A DNA stretch of 64,000 nt from the IMG/VR virus record IMGVR_UViG_3300025131_000006. One strand, given 5' to 3'. The notes beneath the pieces were generated by a model, which was not told the origin of the DNA, did no database searches, and saw only the letters and a list, made by a program, of their open reading frames with translations. Source of the DNA: a virus. The translations under genes were made by a program, and so were the position numbers. Positions 9,685 to 18,226 of this stretch are shown here, piece after piece; the stretch's first letter is position 1; the number at the start of each line of letters is the position of its first letter.

Positions 9685-10953
9685 ATGTCTGAATTCGAGA
9701 GTATCCCTGCCCCTTCCGAATTGATTGCCCCTGCTACTGCTGAAACGGTGGAGGCTCCCCCGGTCCTTCCGCCTGTTGTCACCGAGCCGATCTTGTCGGC
9801 GGAAGAGCGGGCCGAGTCTGCGGCTTCTCGTCGCGGTGGTGCTGGCCTCCAAAAATACGACACCGACGGAAATCCGGTCTGCCGTCTTTGCGGTCGCGGC
9901 GTCGAAGACATGGCGAAGCACGTCCAAGAAGCTCACGGTGTCAATATCACCGAATACGCCAAAGAGTATCCCGGTTGGCCTTTGGTCTCCAAGAAGGTCA
10001 AGGGGCTCGGCGACGGACTCTCGTACTTGGAACGAGAGAAGAAAAAATTCTCGGTGTTTGAAACGTTCGGTTTTCATTGGCCTGAAAAGCCCGACAAAAC
10101 CGTCGATGGATACGCCGAAAGAGGCCCCCTGTGCCCCACGGTCGATCCCTTCTACGTGTTCGATCCCGAAGTCACGATGGATGCCCTCATGGCTATGCAC
10201 CTCGGCGACAAAGTCCTGACCGTTGGTCCCACCGGATCGGGCAAATCTTCCCTGTGGCAGCAAATCGCGGCTCGCCTTGGTATGAACTTTCTCCGCATCA
10301 ACTTCGATGCCGGTGTCACCCGACCCGATCTCGTCGGTCAGTTCGTGGTCAAGGGTCGAGAGATGGAGTTCGCCTACGGTGCCCTGCCTCGCGGTATGGC
10401 TCTGCCCGGCACGATCATCTGCTTCGACGAGTGGGATGCTGTCTCGGAAGAGTGTGCTTTCGTTCTCCAACGCCCCTTGGAGGAAGACTCCCAACTGATG
10501 ATTCTGGAGATCGGAGATCAAGTGGTCTCCCTGCACCCGGACAATATCATCGTTGCCACGTCGAACACCACCGGACTCGGTGACGATTCGGGCCTCTACT
10601 CCTCCGGTACCCGCATCCAGAACTACGCCACTGTCAACCGCTTCTCTATGACGATCAAGTTGGACTACCTTGCGAAAGAGCAAGAGGAGCAGATCCTGCT
10701 CCGTCGGTTCGAAGACCTCTCCGAAATGGAAGCTCGTGCTCTGGTCAAGATCGTCAACGCGACCCGCTCCTCCTCCGAGAAAGGTGAGATCGCCGCTCCC
10801 CTGAGTACTCGCGATCTCGTGAATTGGTGCCAGAAGTACATCTTGACGGGTGATGTCGAAAAGGCCGCGAAGCTCGCCTTTATCCACCGCTCGCCTCGCG
10901 AAGATCAAGATGTCCTGCGCGGCATCGTCCGTCGCGGATGGCGTGGAGAGTAA
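9685..10953 (+). CDS. CobS/MoxR-family AAA+ ATPase with N-terminal C2H2 zinc finger
   Basis: GPTGSGKS, DLVG, FDEWD, ATSNT, NRF, STRDL; N-terminal CRLC...H...H. Confidence 0.88.
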   Translation: MSEFESIPAPSELIAPATAETVEAPPVLPPVVTEPILSAEERAESAASRRGGAGLQKYDTDGNPVCRLCGRGVEDMAKHVQEAHGVNITEYAKEYPGWPLVSKKVKGLGDGLSYLEREKKKFSVFETFGFHWPEKPDKTVDGYAERGPLCPTVDPFYVFDPEVTMDALMAMHLGDKVLTVGPTGSGKSSLWQQIAARLGMNFLRINFDAGVTRPDLVGQFVVKGREMEFAYGALPRGMALPGTIICFDEWDAVSEECAFVLQRPLEEDSQLMILEIGDQVVSLHPDNIIVATSNTTGLGDDSGLYSSGTRIQNYATVNRFSMTIKLDYLAKEQEEQILLRRFEDLSEMEARALVKIVNATRSSSEKGEIAAPLSTRDLVNWCQKYILTGDVEKAAKLAFIHRSPREDQDVLRGIVRRGWRGE

Positions 10954-11041
10954 TCTCCGTACTCCCTGCCCCCAAGTTTTCTTGGGGGTTTCCCATGTGC
11001 GGTTTCTTGGCTAGCTCTTGGCTCATGCGTAATGCATAGGA

Positions 11042-11056
11042 ATTTAGTCACTAAAC
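11042..11056. repeat. Dispersed palindrome copy 3 (ATTTAGTCACTAAAC)
   Basis: Intergenic between AAA and VWA genes. Confidence 0.85.
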
Positions 11057-11149
11057 CGCACATTTTCTGTGTCTGCTTTGCTCTCTTGTTTGTATATATA
11101 TAGGCATGAGTCAGAACAGGTAAGCCAAGAGCAACGGAGAAAAGAGAAA

Positions 11150-13090
11150 ATGATGAGAAGACCAGGAAGAGCGGCACGAGACTCTTTAAATAGTTCCTTG
11201 GAAAGGATTGCGCGAGTCATCAGCGACAGGTACGACATTAACGTTGTCTTTCATAAAGACGACTGCTACACGGACGGTAGGACTATCGTTCTTCCTTCTG
11301 TTCCCGCCTCGGCAGATGCCGACTTCCTGCAAGCCCTTGAAGGCAAGTTGGATCACGAAGCCGGACACATCATTTTCACCGATTGGGATGCCGTGAACCG
11401 CTCCGCTGAACACCCTCAATTGAAGTGGTGGACGAACGTTTTGGAAGATGCTCGTATCGAGGCGTGTATCTGCGAAGCGTGGCCGGGTTGTCGGGCGAAC
11501 TTGGAGTTCACTCAACGGTGGCTCTTGGAAAAAGATCTCGATGAGTGGCACTCCTTTGATAAGGAGAACAAAGAGGCCAAACTCGCGATTCTGTACGCTA
11601 AGGGCTATGGCAGTTGGTTTTTGGAGATCCCCGATGCCGAATCGATGTTCAAAGAAGCGTGGGAAGACATCCTCCCTGCTCTGGGTTTGGCGGCGAAGCA
11701 AGAGTCCGCTTTTCACTCCCTCGCCTTGGCCATTTGGGTCATGGATACGATCGATCCCGATTGGCGTGAGGCCGGTCGCGAAGGTCTCGCTCCGTTCGTG
11801 CGTTCGAGCGAGGAGTTGGACGAGCTTTTGCGTACCCTCGCAGGAGCCGAGCGAGAGTTGGCCCGTATCGGTCGTGGTGGCAAAGTCATCGAAGGCGAAG
11901 GTGGTTCCGGCAGCACCGATCGATTCTCCGAAGCTTCTCGTCGTGCCCGAATCGAGGAAGAGGCGGGAGAGAGATACGGACACGGTATTACCCGGTCTTT
12001 TCTGGAAAAGTACGACGGCACCGACAGAGAAGAGAGGAAGCGTCGATCTCTGGCTCGAACGGGGGGCATGGGGGGGCGCCCTGCGGAGCATGGTCCTCGC
12101 TCCACGGATGACTTCGGTTCCAAGGCTCTGTCCGGGGTAGCAGGAGACATTCGACATCGCATCGGTGTTCCCGGCTCCGAACACTATGTTCCGGCGACAA
12201 CCGAAGACGACGTGATCCAATTGCAGTGGGACGGAAACTTGCATTGGTTCCAAACGAACCTCCAGGAGGTTCGAAAGATGTCGGGTGCCATGTCTCGCAG
12301 ACTCCGTATGGTCATGATGTCTAAGGCATACCCAAGCACGGAATACGAAAAGCACTCTGGACGTCTGAATGTCCGGTCTCTCCCTCGGTTCCTGATGACC
12401 GGCAACCCTCGCTGTTTCAAGCAGCGGTCAAGAGGCGAGGAGTTGTGTGCGAGAGCAACGCTGTTGGTCGATGAGTCCGGTTCCATGCATGGCACTCGTA
12501 TCCAAGAAGCTCGGCGTGCTGCGATTCTGTTTGGTGAGTTTTGTGAGCAGTTGGGTATCCCCTTCGAGATTTTGGGTTTCTCCACGACCTCGACAGGCCA
12601 CGAGCAAAAGAGATACGATCGTGCTGCTCCCGAAGACAAGTCGTACTACACGCGGTGGGGGAATCACCTTCTGTTGGTGTACAAGCGATTCGATGAGCAG
12701 TGGCGTCGTGTGGGTCATCGCATTCAACACATGTCGGGTCGCGACCAGAACTACGATGGTGAGTCTGTGCAGATCGCAGCCCAACGCTTGCTCATGGCGG
12801 CACAGCCCGGTGAGCGAAAGCTCCTGTTTGTCTTCTCCGACGGCTCTCCCGTTCAAAGCATCTACGAACACGCGGATGCCCACCAAGAGTATCTTCGCAC
12901 GGTCACGGGGTATCTTCCGGAAGTCGGTATCGAGGCCATTGGTATTGGCATCTGCACCGAAGCTGTGAAACACTACTACCCGAATTGGGTTGTGATCAAC
13001 GATCCCCGTCAATTGTCCGGTGCCCAAATGTCGAAGCTGCGAGAAGTCTTTTTGGAGTCCAAAAAGCCGAAGCGTCGGCGAGCAAGATAG
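11150..13090 (+). CDS. CobT-like protein (HExxH domain + C-terminal VWA)
   Basis: HEAGH and NVLEDARIE; VWA MIDAS VDESGSM and FSDG; adjacent to MoxR ATPase. Confidence 0.88.
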   Translation: MMRRPGRAARDSLNSSLERIARVISDRYDINVVFHKDDCYTDGRTIVLPSVPASADADFLQALEGKLDHEAGHIIFTDWDAVNRSAEHPQLKWWTNVLEDARIEACICEAWPGCRANLEFTQRWLLEKDLDEWHSFDKENKEAKLAILYAKGYGSWFLEIPDAESMFKEAWEDILPALGLAAKQESAFHSLALAIWVMDTIDPDWREAGREGLAPFVRSSEELDELLRTLAGAERELARIGRGGKVIEGEGGSGSTDRFSEASRRARIEEEAGERYGHGITRSFLEKYDGTDREERKRRSLARTGGMGGRPAEHGPRSTDDFGSKALSGVAGDIRHRIGVPGSEHYVPATTEDDVIQLQWDGNLHWFQTNLQEVRKMSGAMSRRLRMVMMSKAYPSTEYEKHSGRLNVRSLPRFLMTGNPRCFKQRSRGEELCARATLLVDESGSMHGTRIQEARRAAILFGEFCEQLGIPFEILGFSTTSTGHEQKRYDRAAPEDKSYYTRWGNHLLLVYKRFDEQWRRVGHRIQHMSGRDQNYDGESVQIAAQRLLMAAQPGERKLLFVFSDGSPVQSIYEHADAHQEYLRTVTGYLPEVGIEAIGIGICTEAVKHYYPNWVVINDPRQLSGAQMSKLREVFLESKKPKRRRAR

Positions 13091-13255
13091 ACGGCATTGT
13101 CGATATACAGGGGGTGCACCTCAAAATAGATTGACAAGAAAGACATTACAGAGTGAATGTATGCGGAGCCCGGAAGACCGGGCTCCGTTTTTGTGCATCG
13201 TGACAAAATTGGTCACGAAAGCCACACAGATCAAAACAAAACAGAGGTAACGGGC

Positions 13256-13918
13256 ATGAACAGAAATTGGCACTACAATGATTTCCTGAAAAATTACGAA
13301 GGCTTTCTGCACAACCAGGCGAAGATTCTCGCGACTTGCCCCGGTGTCGATCTCGATGATGCCGCACAAGATGTTAGGATGTTTGCGTGGGAGGCCGTGA
13401 CACACGAACGTTTCAACAGTTGGTCTGAGTCTCCGTCGGCTTGGATCTTTCAGCGGGTCGTGTGGGGTGTGCAGCGAAAGATCTCTGTGTATCGTCGATC
13501 CTATCTGGAGGTGCCTGCGAGTGCTTCACTGCAAAATAGGTGGTGTGTTTCTGAGTTCGGGTCGTGGAGGGTGCGGTGGTTGGACAATTTGGGGGAGTCG
13601 GATGTTACTTATTCGGATGTGTTCAGGGGTCGATTCTATGACATAGAGAATCAAGTGGAGGCTCGTATCGCGTTGGAGCGGATTGAGAGATTCGCTGAGA
13701 CATCGCTTCCGGAAGGGCAGCGGAGACCTATTTTGGCAGTGTTGCAACGCACGGAGGAGGTCATTGAACACTCGCAGAAGTCGAAAGGGGGTCGTGCGGG
13801 TGTGGCGACTTACGAGGTTGCGTCGGGTCCAAACCTGTCCACTTTCTTGAACCACCCGTGGGCCGCAAAAATGATGGAGCGGGCACAGAACAAAATCATC
13901 GAAGAGTTCAGTGACTAA
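13256..13918 (+). CDS. Sigma-70/ECF-like RNA polymerase sigma factor
   Basis: DLDDAAQDVRMFAWEA...F...SAWIFQRV resembles sigma region 2; GAGGT RBS. Confidence 0.6.
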   Translation: MNRNWHYNDFLKNYEGFLHNQAKILATCPGVDLDDAAQDVRMFAWEAVTHERFNSWSESPSAWIFQRVVWGVQRKISVYRRSYLEVPASASLQNRWCVSEFGSWRVRWLDNLGESDVTYSDVFRGRFYDIENQVEARIALERIERFAETSLPEGQRRPILAVLQRTEEVIEHSQKSKGGRAGVATYEVASGPNLSTFLNHPWAAKMMERAQNKIIEEFSD

Positions 13919-13920
13919 AC
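13906..13920. repeat. Dispersed palindrome copy 4 (GTTCAGTGACTAAAC)
   Basis: Contains the TAA stop of the sigma-like gene. Confidence 0.9.
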
Positions 13921-13934
13921 TTTTTTTGAGGTGA

Positions 13935-14648
13935 GTGTTGCCAAAGGACACAACAGCGTATCGTCGAAATAAGCGTATCTTTGAGAAAGTGCCGCGAGTT
14001 AGAGGCACAGGCATGCAGCATCGACGGTGCAATGTGTGCCAAGGGTGGTTCACCGCACAAGATGTCGAACAGGGCCTCTTTCCCCGACCGGGATTGGGGT
14101 CTTCTTGCGTTCGGTGTTTTGTGGTGGAGGTAGAGAAGAGGGGTGAGGTGTCCCTGCCGGATTGTTTCGGGGTGGGGTTCCAGGGGTCGTCGATGTTATG
14201 TCGGCAGCGGTGTGTGGTGTCGTCGGCTTGCATGATTGAGTTTACTGACAAGGTGTTCGACAGAACGGCGAGGGAGGTGGATCGGCGTCCATCCAAGACG
14301 CTCCTGATGGAGCGAATCTTACGGGCATCCGGTCGCCCTGTTCATGTTTTGGATTTGGGACCAACAGCAGCAAGGATAGCAAAGATAGAGGGGTTAGAGT
14401 CTCGACGTAGAGTCAATTGGGTGAGCGGTTTGCATGTTCTACTAGGGGAGAGCCCGCACGTTGTGAACTTGGGGGGTGGATTTTATGTGTATAAAGACTT
14501 CTGGGATTTAGAGAGGGATGGTGGTACACTTGGTGTCCACAGGGCTCCCCGGTTGGAGCCTGTAGGAACCATTTTATCTCGATTGGAGAAAGAAAGTGAG
14601 TGCATTCAGGATCACCATGAGGGGAACGCCGACCCGGAAGATTCGTGA
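13935..14648 (+). CDS. Cys-rich hypothetical protein (possible zinc/HTH DNA binder)
   Basis: CNVC...CVRC, CFG...CRQRC motifs; GAGGTG RBS. Confidence 0.6.
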   Translation: MLPKDTTAYRRNKRIFEKVPRVRGTGMQHRRCNVCQGWFTAQDVEQGLFPRPGLGSSCVRCFVVEVEKRGEVSLPDCFGVGFQGSSMLCRQRCVVSSACMIEFTDKVFDRTAREVDRRPSKTLLMERILRASGRPVHVLDLGPTAARIAKIEGLESRRRVNWVSGLHVLLGESPHVVNLGGGFYVYKDFWDLERDGGTLGVHRAPRLEPVGTILSRLEKESECIQDHHEGNADPEDS

Positions 14649-15027
14649 GTTCTGCTGTGAGTTGTGCGAGTTGGTGTGGGAGGCTCGCGTGTATGACTCT
14701 GAAAGAGAGAGTCAGGTTTGCGAGTCGTGCGAACAACCAGCGGTGGAGAAGGTGACGTCTCCCACTTTCTGGGATGGCTCTCCGGAGGCCGAGAAAGAGA
14801 AGTTGAAGCGTCGATCTCGTGATCACATGGATTGGTGTCGGCGAACGGGGAATCATCCAAGTAGCACAGGTGATCGGAATCCAAGATCGCGTGCTCGGAA
14901 TACCTCTACGACGACGATCGCCGAGCACAAGCACACGTGGAAGAAGTGGAAGAGGGAAGCTGAGAATAACACAGATCAAGCGACCGAGGTTGTGACGCGA
15001 ACACCTGGCAAGGTCATCACGTCATGA
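14596..15027 (+). CDS. FmdB-like zinc-ribbon protein
   Basis: EFCCELC...CESCEQPAVEKVTS pattern. Confidence 0.6.
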   Translation: MSAFRITMRGTPTRKIREFCCELCELVWEARVYDSERESQVCESCEQPAVEKVTSPTFWDGSPEAEKEKLKRRSRDHMDWCRRTGNHPSSTGDRNPRSRARNTSTTTIAEHKHTWKKWKREAENNTDQATEVVTRTPGKVITS

Positions 15028-15302
15028 GCTGGGAAGTGGAGGTCAAAGCATTGCCGCGACTCCGCGACACAAGTCGTCCCAAGCTCATGTCTGTGGACGG
15101 TAAGGGGTATAGTGGCAAGGTGGAGGAGTTCTCGTACCTGAGTTTGATCTCTGACCGAAACAAGTCTCTCGCGACCCTGCTCGCTGAGAGGGGATACAAA
15201 CGACCTCATATTGTGGGAAGGTTGGCAGTTTTGGGTCCAAGCATCAGGCTCCAAGTGATAGAGAAAGAGAGAGTTCGTAAAAAAAAATCTCCTGTGTCGT
15301 GA
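15024..15302 (+). CDS. Hypothetical protein
   Basis: ATGA-coupled ORF. Confidence 0.55.
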   Translation: MSWEVEVKALPRLRDTSRPKLMSVDGKGYSGKVEEFSYLSLISDRNKSLATLLAERGYKRPHIVGRLAVLGPSIRLQVIEKERVRKKKSPVS

Positions 15303-15390
15303 TACGTCACGGATTTGATATATGTTGTCTATGTGCCAGCCACGCAGAAAACATTCTGTCAAACATCCAGTACCTGTCTAAGGAGATTCC

Positions 15391-15897
15391 ATGAGAAGTA
15401 TTCGAGAAGACCTGCGCATATCGGACGATCTCGATCAAGAGTTCGCCACTCATCCAGAGGCTGTTGAGCATTGGGGAAGAGAGGCCGCTGACGCGGAGGT
15501 TGCTTTTCTGTACGCTCGCCAACGTTACAAAAAAAAGCAGGCCGAGGTTATGATGGAGAAGCGTCGTGCTGCTGCCATCAGCGGAGACCCCAAGAAGTCG
15601 ATCAAGCTTCTGGAGCAAGAAGTCCTGCTGGACTCGCGGGTGGACGGAGCTTTCAACGAGATGGTTGAAGCTCAACGGCGACAAGGGTATGCTGCCGCAG
15701 CGTACAAGTCTATCTTGGAGAAGTCCTCCTCGTTGATCTCTATGGGTGCCAAAGAGAGAAGGGGCATGGGACACGCTCCGAGTGTTTCGACCTCTCCTTC
15801 CCCTTTTGGAGGTGACAGCACGTCACCCCCTTCCTCCACGCATTTTTCTCGCGAGGATTTCATGCCTCGCGGTGAAGCTCCCCCTCACGGGAGATAA
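15391..15897 (+). CDS. UvsY-like recombination mediator
   Basis: Helical DLRISDDLDQEF...W pattern; directly upstream of SSB and RecA. Confidence 0.55.
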   Translation: MRSIREDLRISDDLDQEFATHPEAVEHWGREAADAEVAFLYARQRYKKKQAEVMMEKRRAAAISGDPKKSIKLLEQEVLLDSRVDGAFNEMVEAQRRQGYAAAAYKSILEKSSSLISMGAKERRGMGHAPSVSTSPSPFGGDSTSPPSSTHFSREDFMPRGEAPPHGR

Positions 15898-15957
15898 TCG
15901 GTCCTTTGCGACCCTGTTTAAGGCTTCTTACAGCCGAGTTTTCAAGTAGGAGAAAAC

Positions 15958-17226
15958 ATGACCTTTTTCGAAGTTGACATTGATGCGGGGAAAGCCCGTG
16001 CGGACAAATGGACCTCCGATTCGTCTTCCGACGGTGGTGGTGGTGGTGGTGGTGACTTTACCCCCACGATCTGGGTGAAATTGGGCGACGGGCAAACGTT
16101 GGAGATGCGTGTGATGCCTCCGTGGACGGATAAAGGCCCGAATGGTTTGGTTCCGTACTGCGAGAGCTTCACGCATTGGAAGTGCGGCCCGGACGGAAAC
16201 AAACAGTGCATCTGCCCCCGCAAGCTGCGTCGGGCACAGAACGACATCGTGTCCGAGATGTCAGAAGATCGCAAAGCTCGCTTGGGCCTCTCGGACTATG
16301 ACGTCACGCAGGAAGATCCGTGCTATATCTGCGAGGAGTTGGACAAGAAGTTCGCGACAGGAGCCAAAGCTGACAAGGACTTCGCGATGCGTCGCATCGG
16401 AAAGCGCGGCCTCTTGTTTCAAGTGCTGGACCTGCAAGACCCCGTGTGGACCGGCTCTGAGCCGCAACTTTCGGATAAGCCGGAGAAGGCGGAAGAGCTT
16501 CGCGGCAAGCCCAAGATCAAGATGCTTCGGTTGTCGCCGCATAACGGCGGCATGCGTTTGGTCAACATCTTGAACGACCCCGGCACGTATGGTCTCGTGA
16601 CTCACCCGTACGAGGGCACCGGACTCAAGCTCTCTCGCACCGGCTCCGGATTCAACGACACCGAGTACCACGTTGAGCCCCTGCTGCGGGATCTCGCTGT
16701 GGTGCGTGGACCCCTCTTTTCCACGCCTTCGGGTGAGCCCGATAAGGAGCGAATCATCCAAGCGTTGGAGGCGATGGTGGACATCGACTCTCATCCGTTT
16801 TTTCGCTCGGTGAGCTACGAGTACACTCGTGCCATTTGGATGGGTATCGACCCCAAGACCTTGGAGGAAGGCAAGGGCTCCGGTGGCTCTTCCGGTGGCT
16901 CTGGGCATGGTCGTGCCGCATCCCCCGCATCCCCCGATGGCTCCTTCGCTGCGTGGAAAGAGTACGGTGAGCGACACCGTAGTTTGACCGCTTCGGAGCT
17001 TGCCAACGAGAGCGGATGGCAGGAGTCTCAGGTGCCGAAGTGTTACAGCAACCGACCCGATCACAACATCCAAGACTGCCGTGAGTGCCCCATTCGCGGG
17101 TTCTGCGCGGCTCGTCATAAGTCCACTTCGGGCAAGTGGTCCCTGAGTGAGCCCACTCCGTCGGCTCCGTCCGTTCCGATGGGGCGATCGGCACCTCCTC
17201 CGACAGACGAAGACATTCCGTTCTAG
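15958..17226 (+). CDS. gp32-type single-stranded DNA-binding protein with DIPF tail
   Basis: MRVMPP, H..., CP...PCYICE zinc motif, LSRTGSGFNDTEYHV; ends TDEDIPF*. Confidence 0.75.
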   Translation: MTFFEVDIDAGKARADKWTSDSSSDGGGGGGGDFTPTIWVKLGDGQTLEMRVMPPWTDKGPNGLVPYCESFTHWKCGPDGNKQCICPRKLRRAQNDIVSEMSEDRKARLGLSDYDVTQEDPCYICEELDKKFATGAKADKDFAMRRIGKRGLLFQVLDLQDPVWTGSEPQLSDKPEKAEELRGKPKIKMLRLSPHNGGMRLVNILNDPGTYGLVTHPYEGTGLKLSRTGSGFNDTEYHVEPLLRDLAVVRGPLFSTPSGEPDKERIIQALEAMVDIDSHPFFRSVSYEYTRAIWMGIDPKTLEEGKGSGGSSGGSGHGRAASPASPDGSFAAWKEYGERHRSLTASELANESGWQESQVPKCYSNRPDHNIQDCRECPIRGFCAARHKSTSGKWSLSEPTPSAPSVPMGRSAPPPTDEDIPF

Positions 17227-17253
17227 GTGCGATTGCAACGCTTGAGTTGCTGT

Positions 17254-17284
17254 GGGGAGTGGCCATGTGTCACTCCCCTTTTTT
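17254..17284 (+). terminator. Intrinsic terminator after SSB
   Basis: GGGGAGTGGC/GTCACTCCCC stem followed by a T-run. Confidence 0.7.
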
Positions 17285-17301
17285 GTGTGAGGAGGTGATG
17301 T

Positions 17302-18189
17302 GTGGGAAAAGATGATCCATTGGGGAGAATGAGAAGCCGAGAAGACCTGCTCCCTGCGATCCCAACGGGGGTTTCTTATGGAGAAGATTCAGGAAGCATA
17401 GAAGAGACCGTGCGTCGATTACAAGAGGAGTTGGGTGGCGATGTGGTGTCTAGGGTCTCGGACTTGGCAAAATTGCGTCCTGACGGCTTCTCTACGGGTC
17501 ACGCGGGGCTTGACGCAACCTTGGGGGTGAATGGGTATCCCAGGGGTCGTATTGTTGAGATATTTGGTACGGAAGGGTCGGGCAAGACTACATTGGCCTT
17601 GCATGGCGTCGTCAGTGCTCAGTCGGAGGGCAAGGATGCGGCCTTTGTGGACATGGAACACTCTTTGGATCTGCTTTACGCAGAGCAGGTCGGTGTTCAA
17701 GTCAGCGACTTAGTGTTTTCGCAGCCAGATAACGGGGAGCAGGCTTTGCATGTGGTGGAGTCGATGGCGAGATGCGAGACCGTCGGGGTGGTTGTCTTGG
17801 ACTCCGTCGCAGCGTTGGTGACGCGAGCGGAGTTATCGGGTCGTATTGGGGATGACTTTTCCGGGGAGCAGGCTCGATTGATGAGCCAGGCCATGCGACG
17901 TTTGGCCACAGTGGCGAGCAGGCACTCCACGACGATCTTGTTTTTGAATCAGGTGAGATACAAGACAGGGGTGCTATACGGAGATCCAGAGTTTTCTCCA
18001 GGTGGCGTGGCTTTGAAGCATTATGCGAGTCTGCGTATGCACGTCCGACGTTTATCTACTTGGGAGGAGGCGGGTTCTCCCGTTGGGATAGAGAGCTTGG
18101 TCCGGGTCGTGAAAAATAAGCTTGGACCCCCGACGAGCGAGACCAAGATAAAGATACGTCACAGCGTGGGCGTCTGTTCGACCGAATAA
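17302..18189 (+). CDS. recA: RecA recombinase (C-terminally short)
   Basis: GRIVEIFGTEGSGKTT, SQPDNGEQAL, LDSVAAL, QARLMSQAMR, VVKNK. Confidence 0.95.
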   Translation: MGKDDPLGRMRSREDLLPAIPTGVSYGEDSGSIEETVRRLQEELGGDVVSRVSDLAKLRPDGFSTGHAGLDATLGVNGYPRGRIVEIFGTEGSGKTTLALHGVVSAQSEGKDAAFVDMEHSLDLLYAEQVGVQVSDLVFSQPDNGEQALHVVESMARCETVGVVVLDSVAALVTRAELSGRIGDDFSGEQARLMSQAMRRLATVASRHSTTILFLNQVRYKTGVLYGDPEFSPGGVALKHYASLRMHVRRLSTWEEAGSPVGIESLVRVVKNKLGPPTSETKIKIRHSVGVCSTE

Positions 18190-18204
18190 GTTCAGTTACT
18201 AAAC
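18190..18204. repeat. Dispersed palindrome copy 5 (GTTCAGTTACTAAAC)
   Basis: Immediately after the recA stop. Confidence 0.9.
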
Positions 18205-18226
18205 TTTTACCAGGAGCCGATACCTG

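Noticed and set aside
9625-10908. Long antisense ORFs (also 11186..12355, 16261..17238, 37919..39364, 51394..52755, 53246..54199)
   Set aside because: Shadows of well-supported + strand genes with biased codon usage; no motifs or RBS.
9685-13090. True cobaltochelatase / B12 synthesis pathway
   Set aside because: No cobN or other cob genes; phage CobS/CobT-like pairs are better treated as generic MoxR-VWA chaperones.
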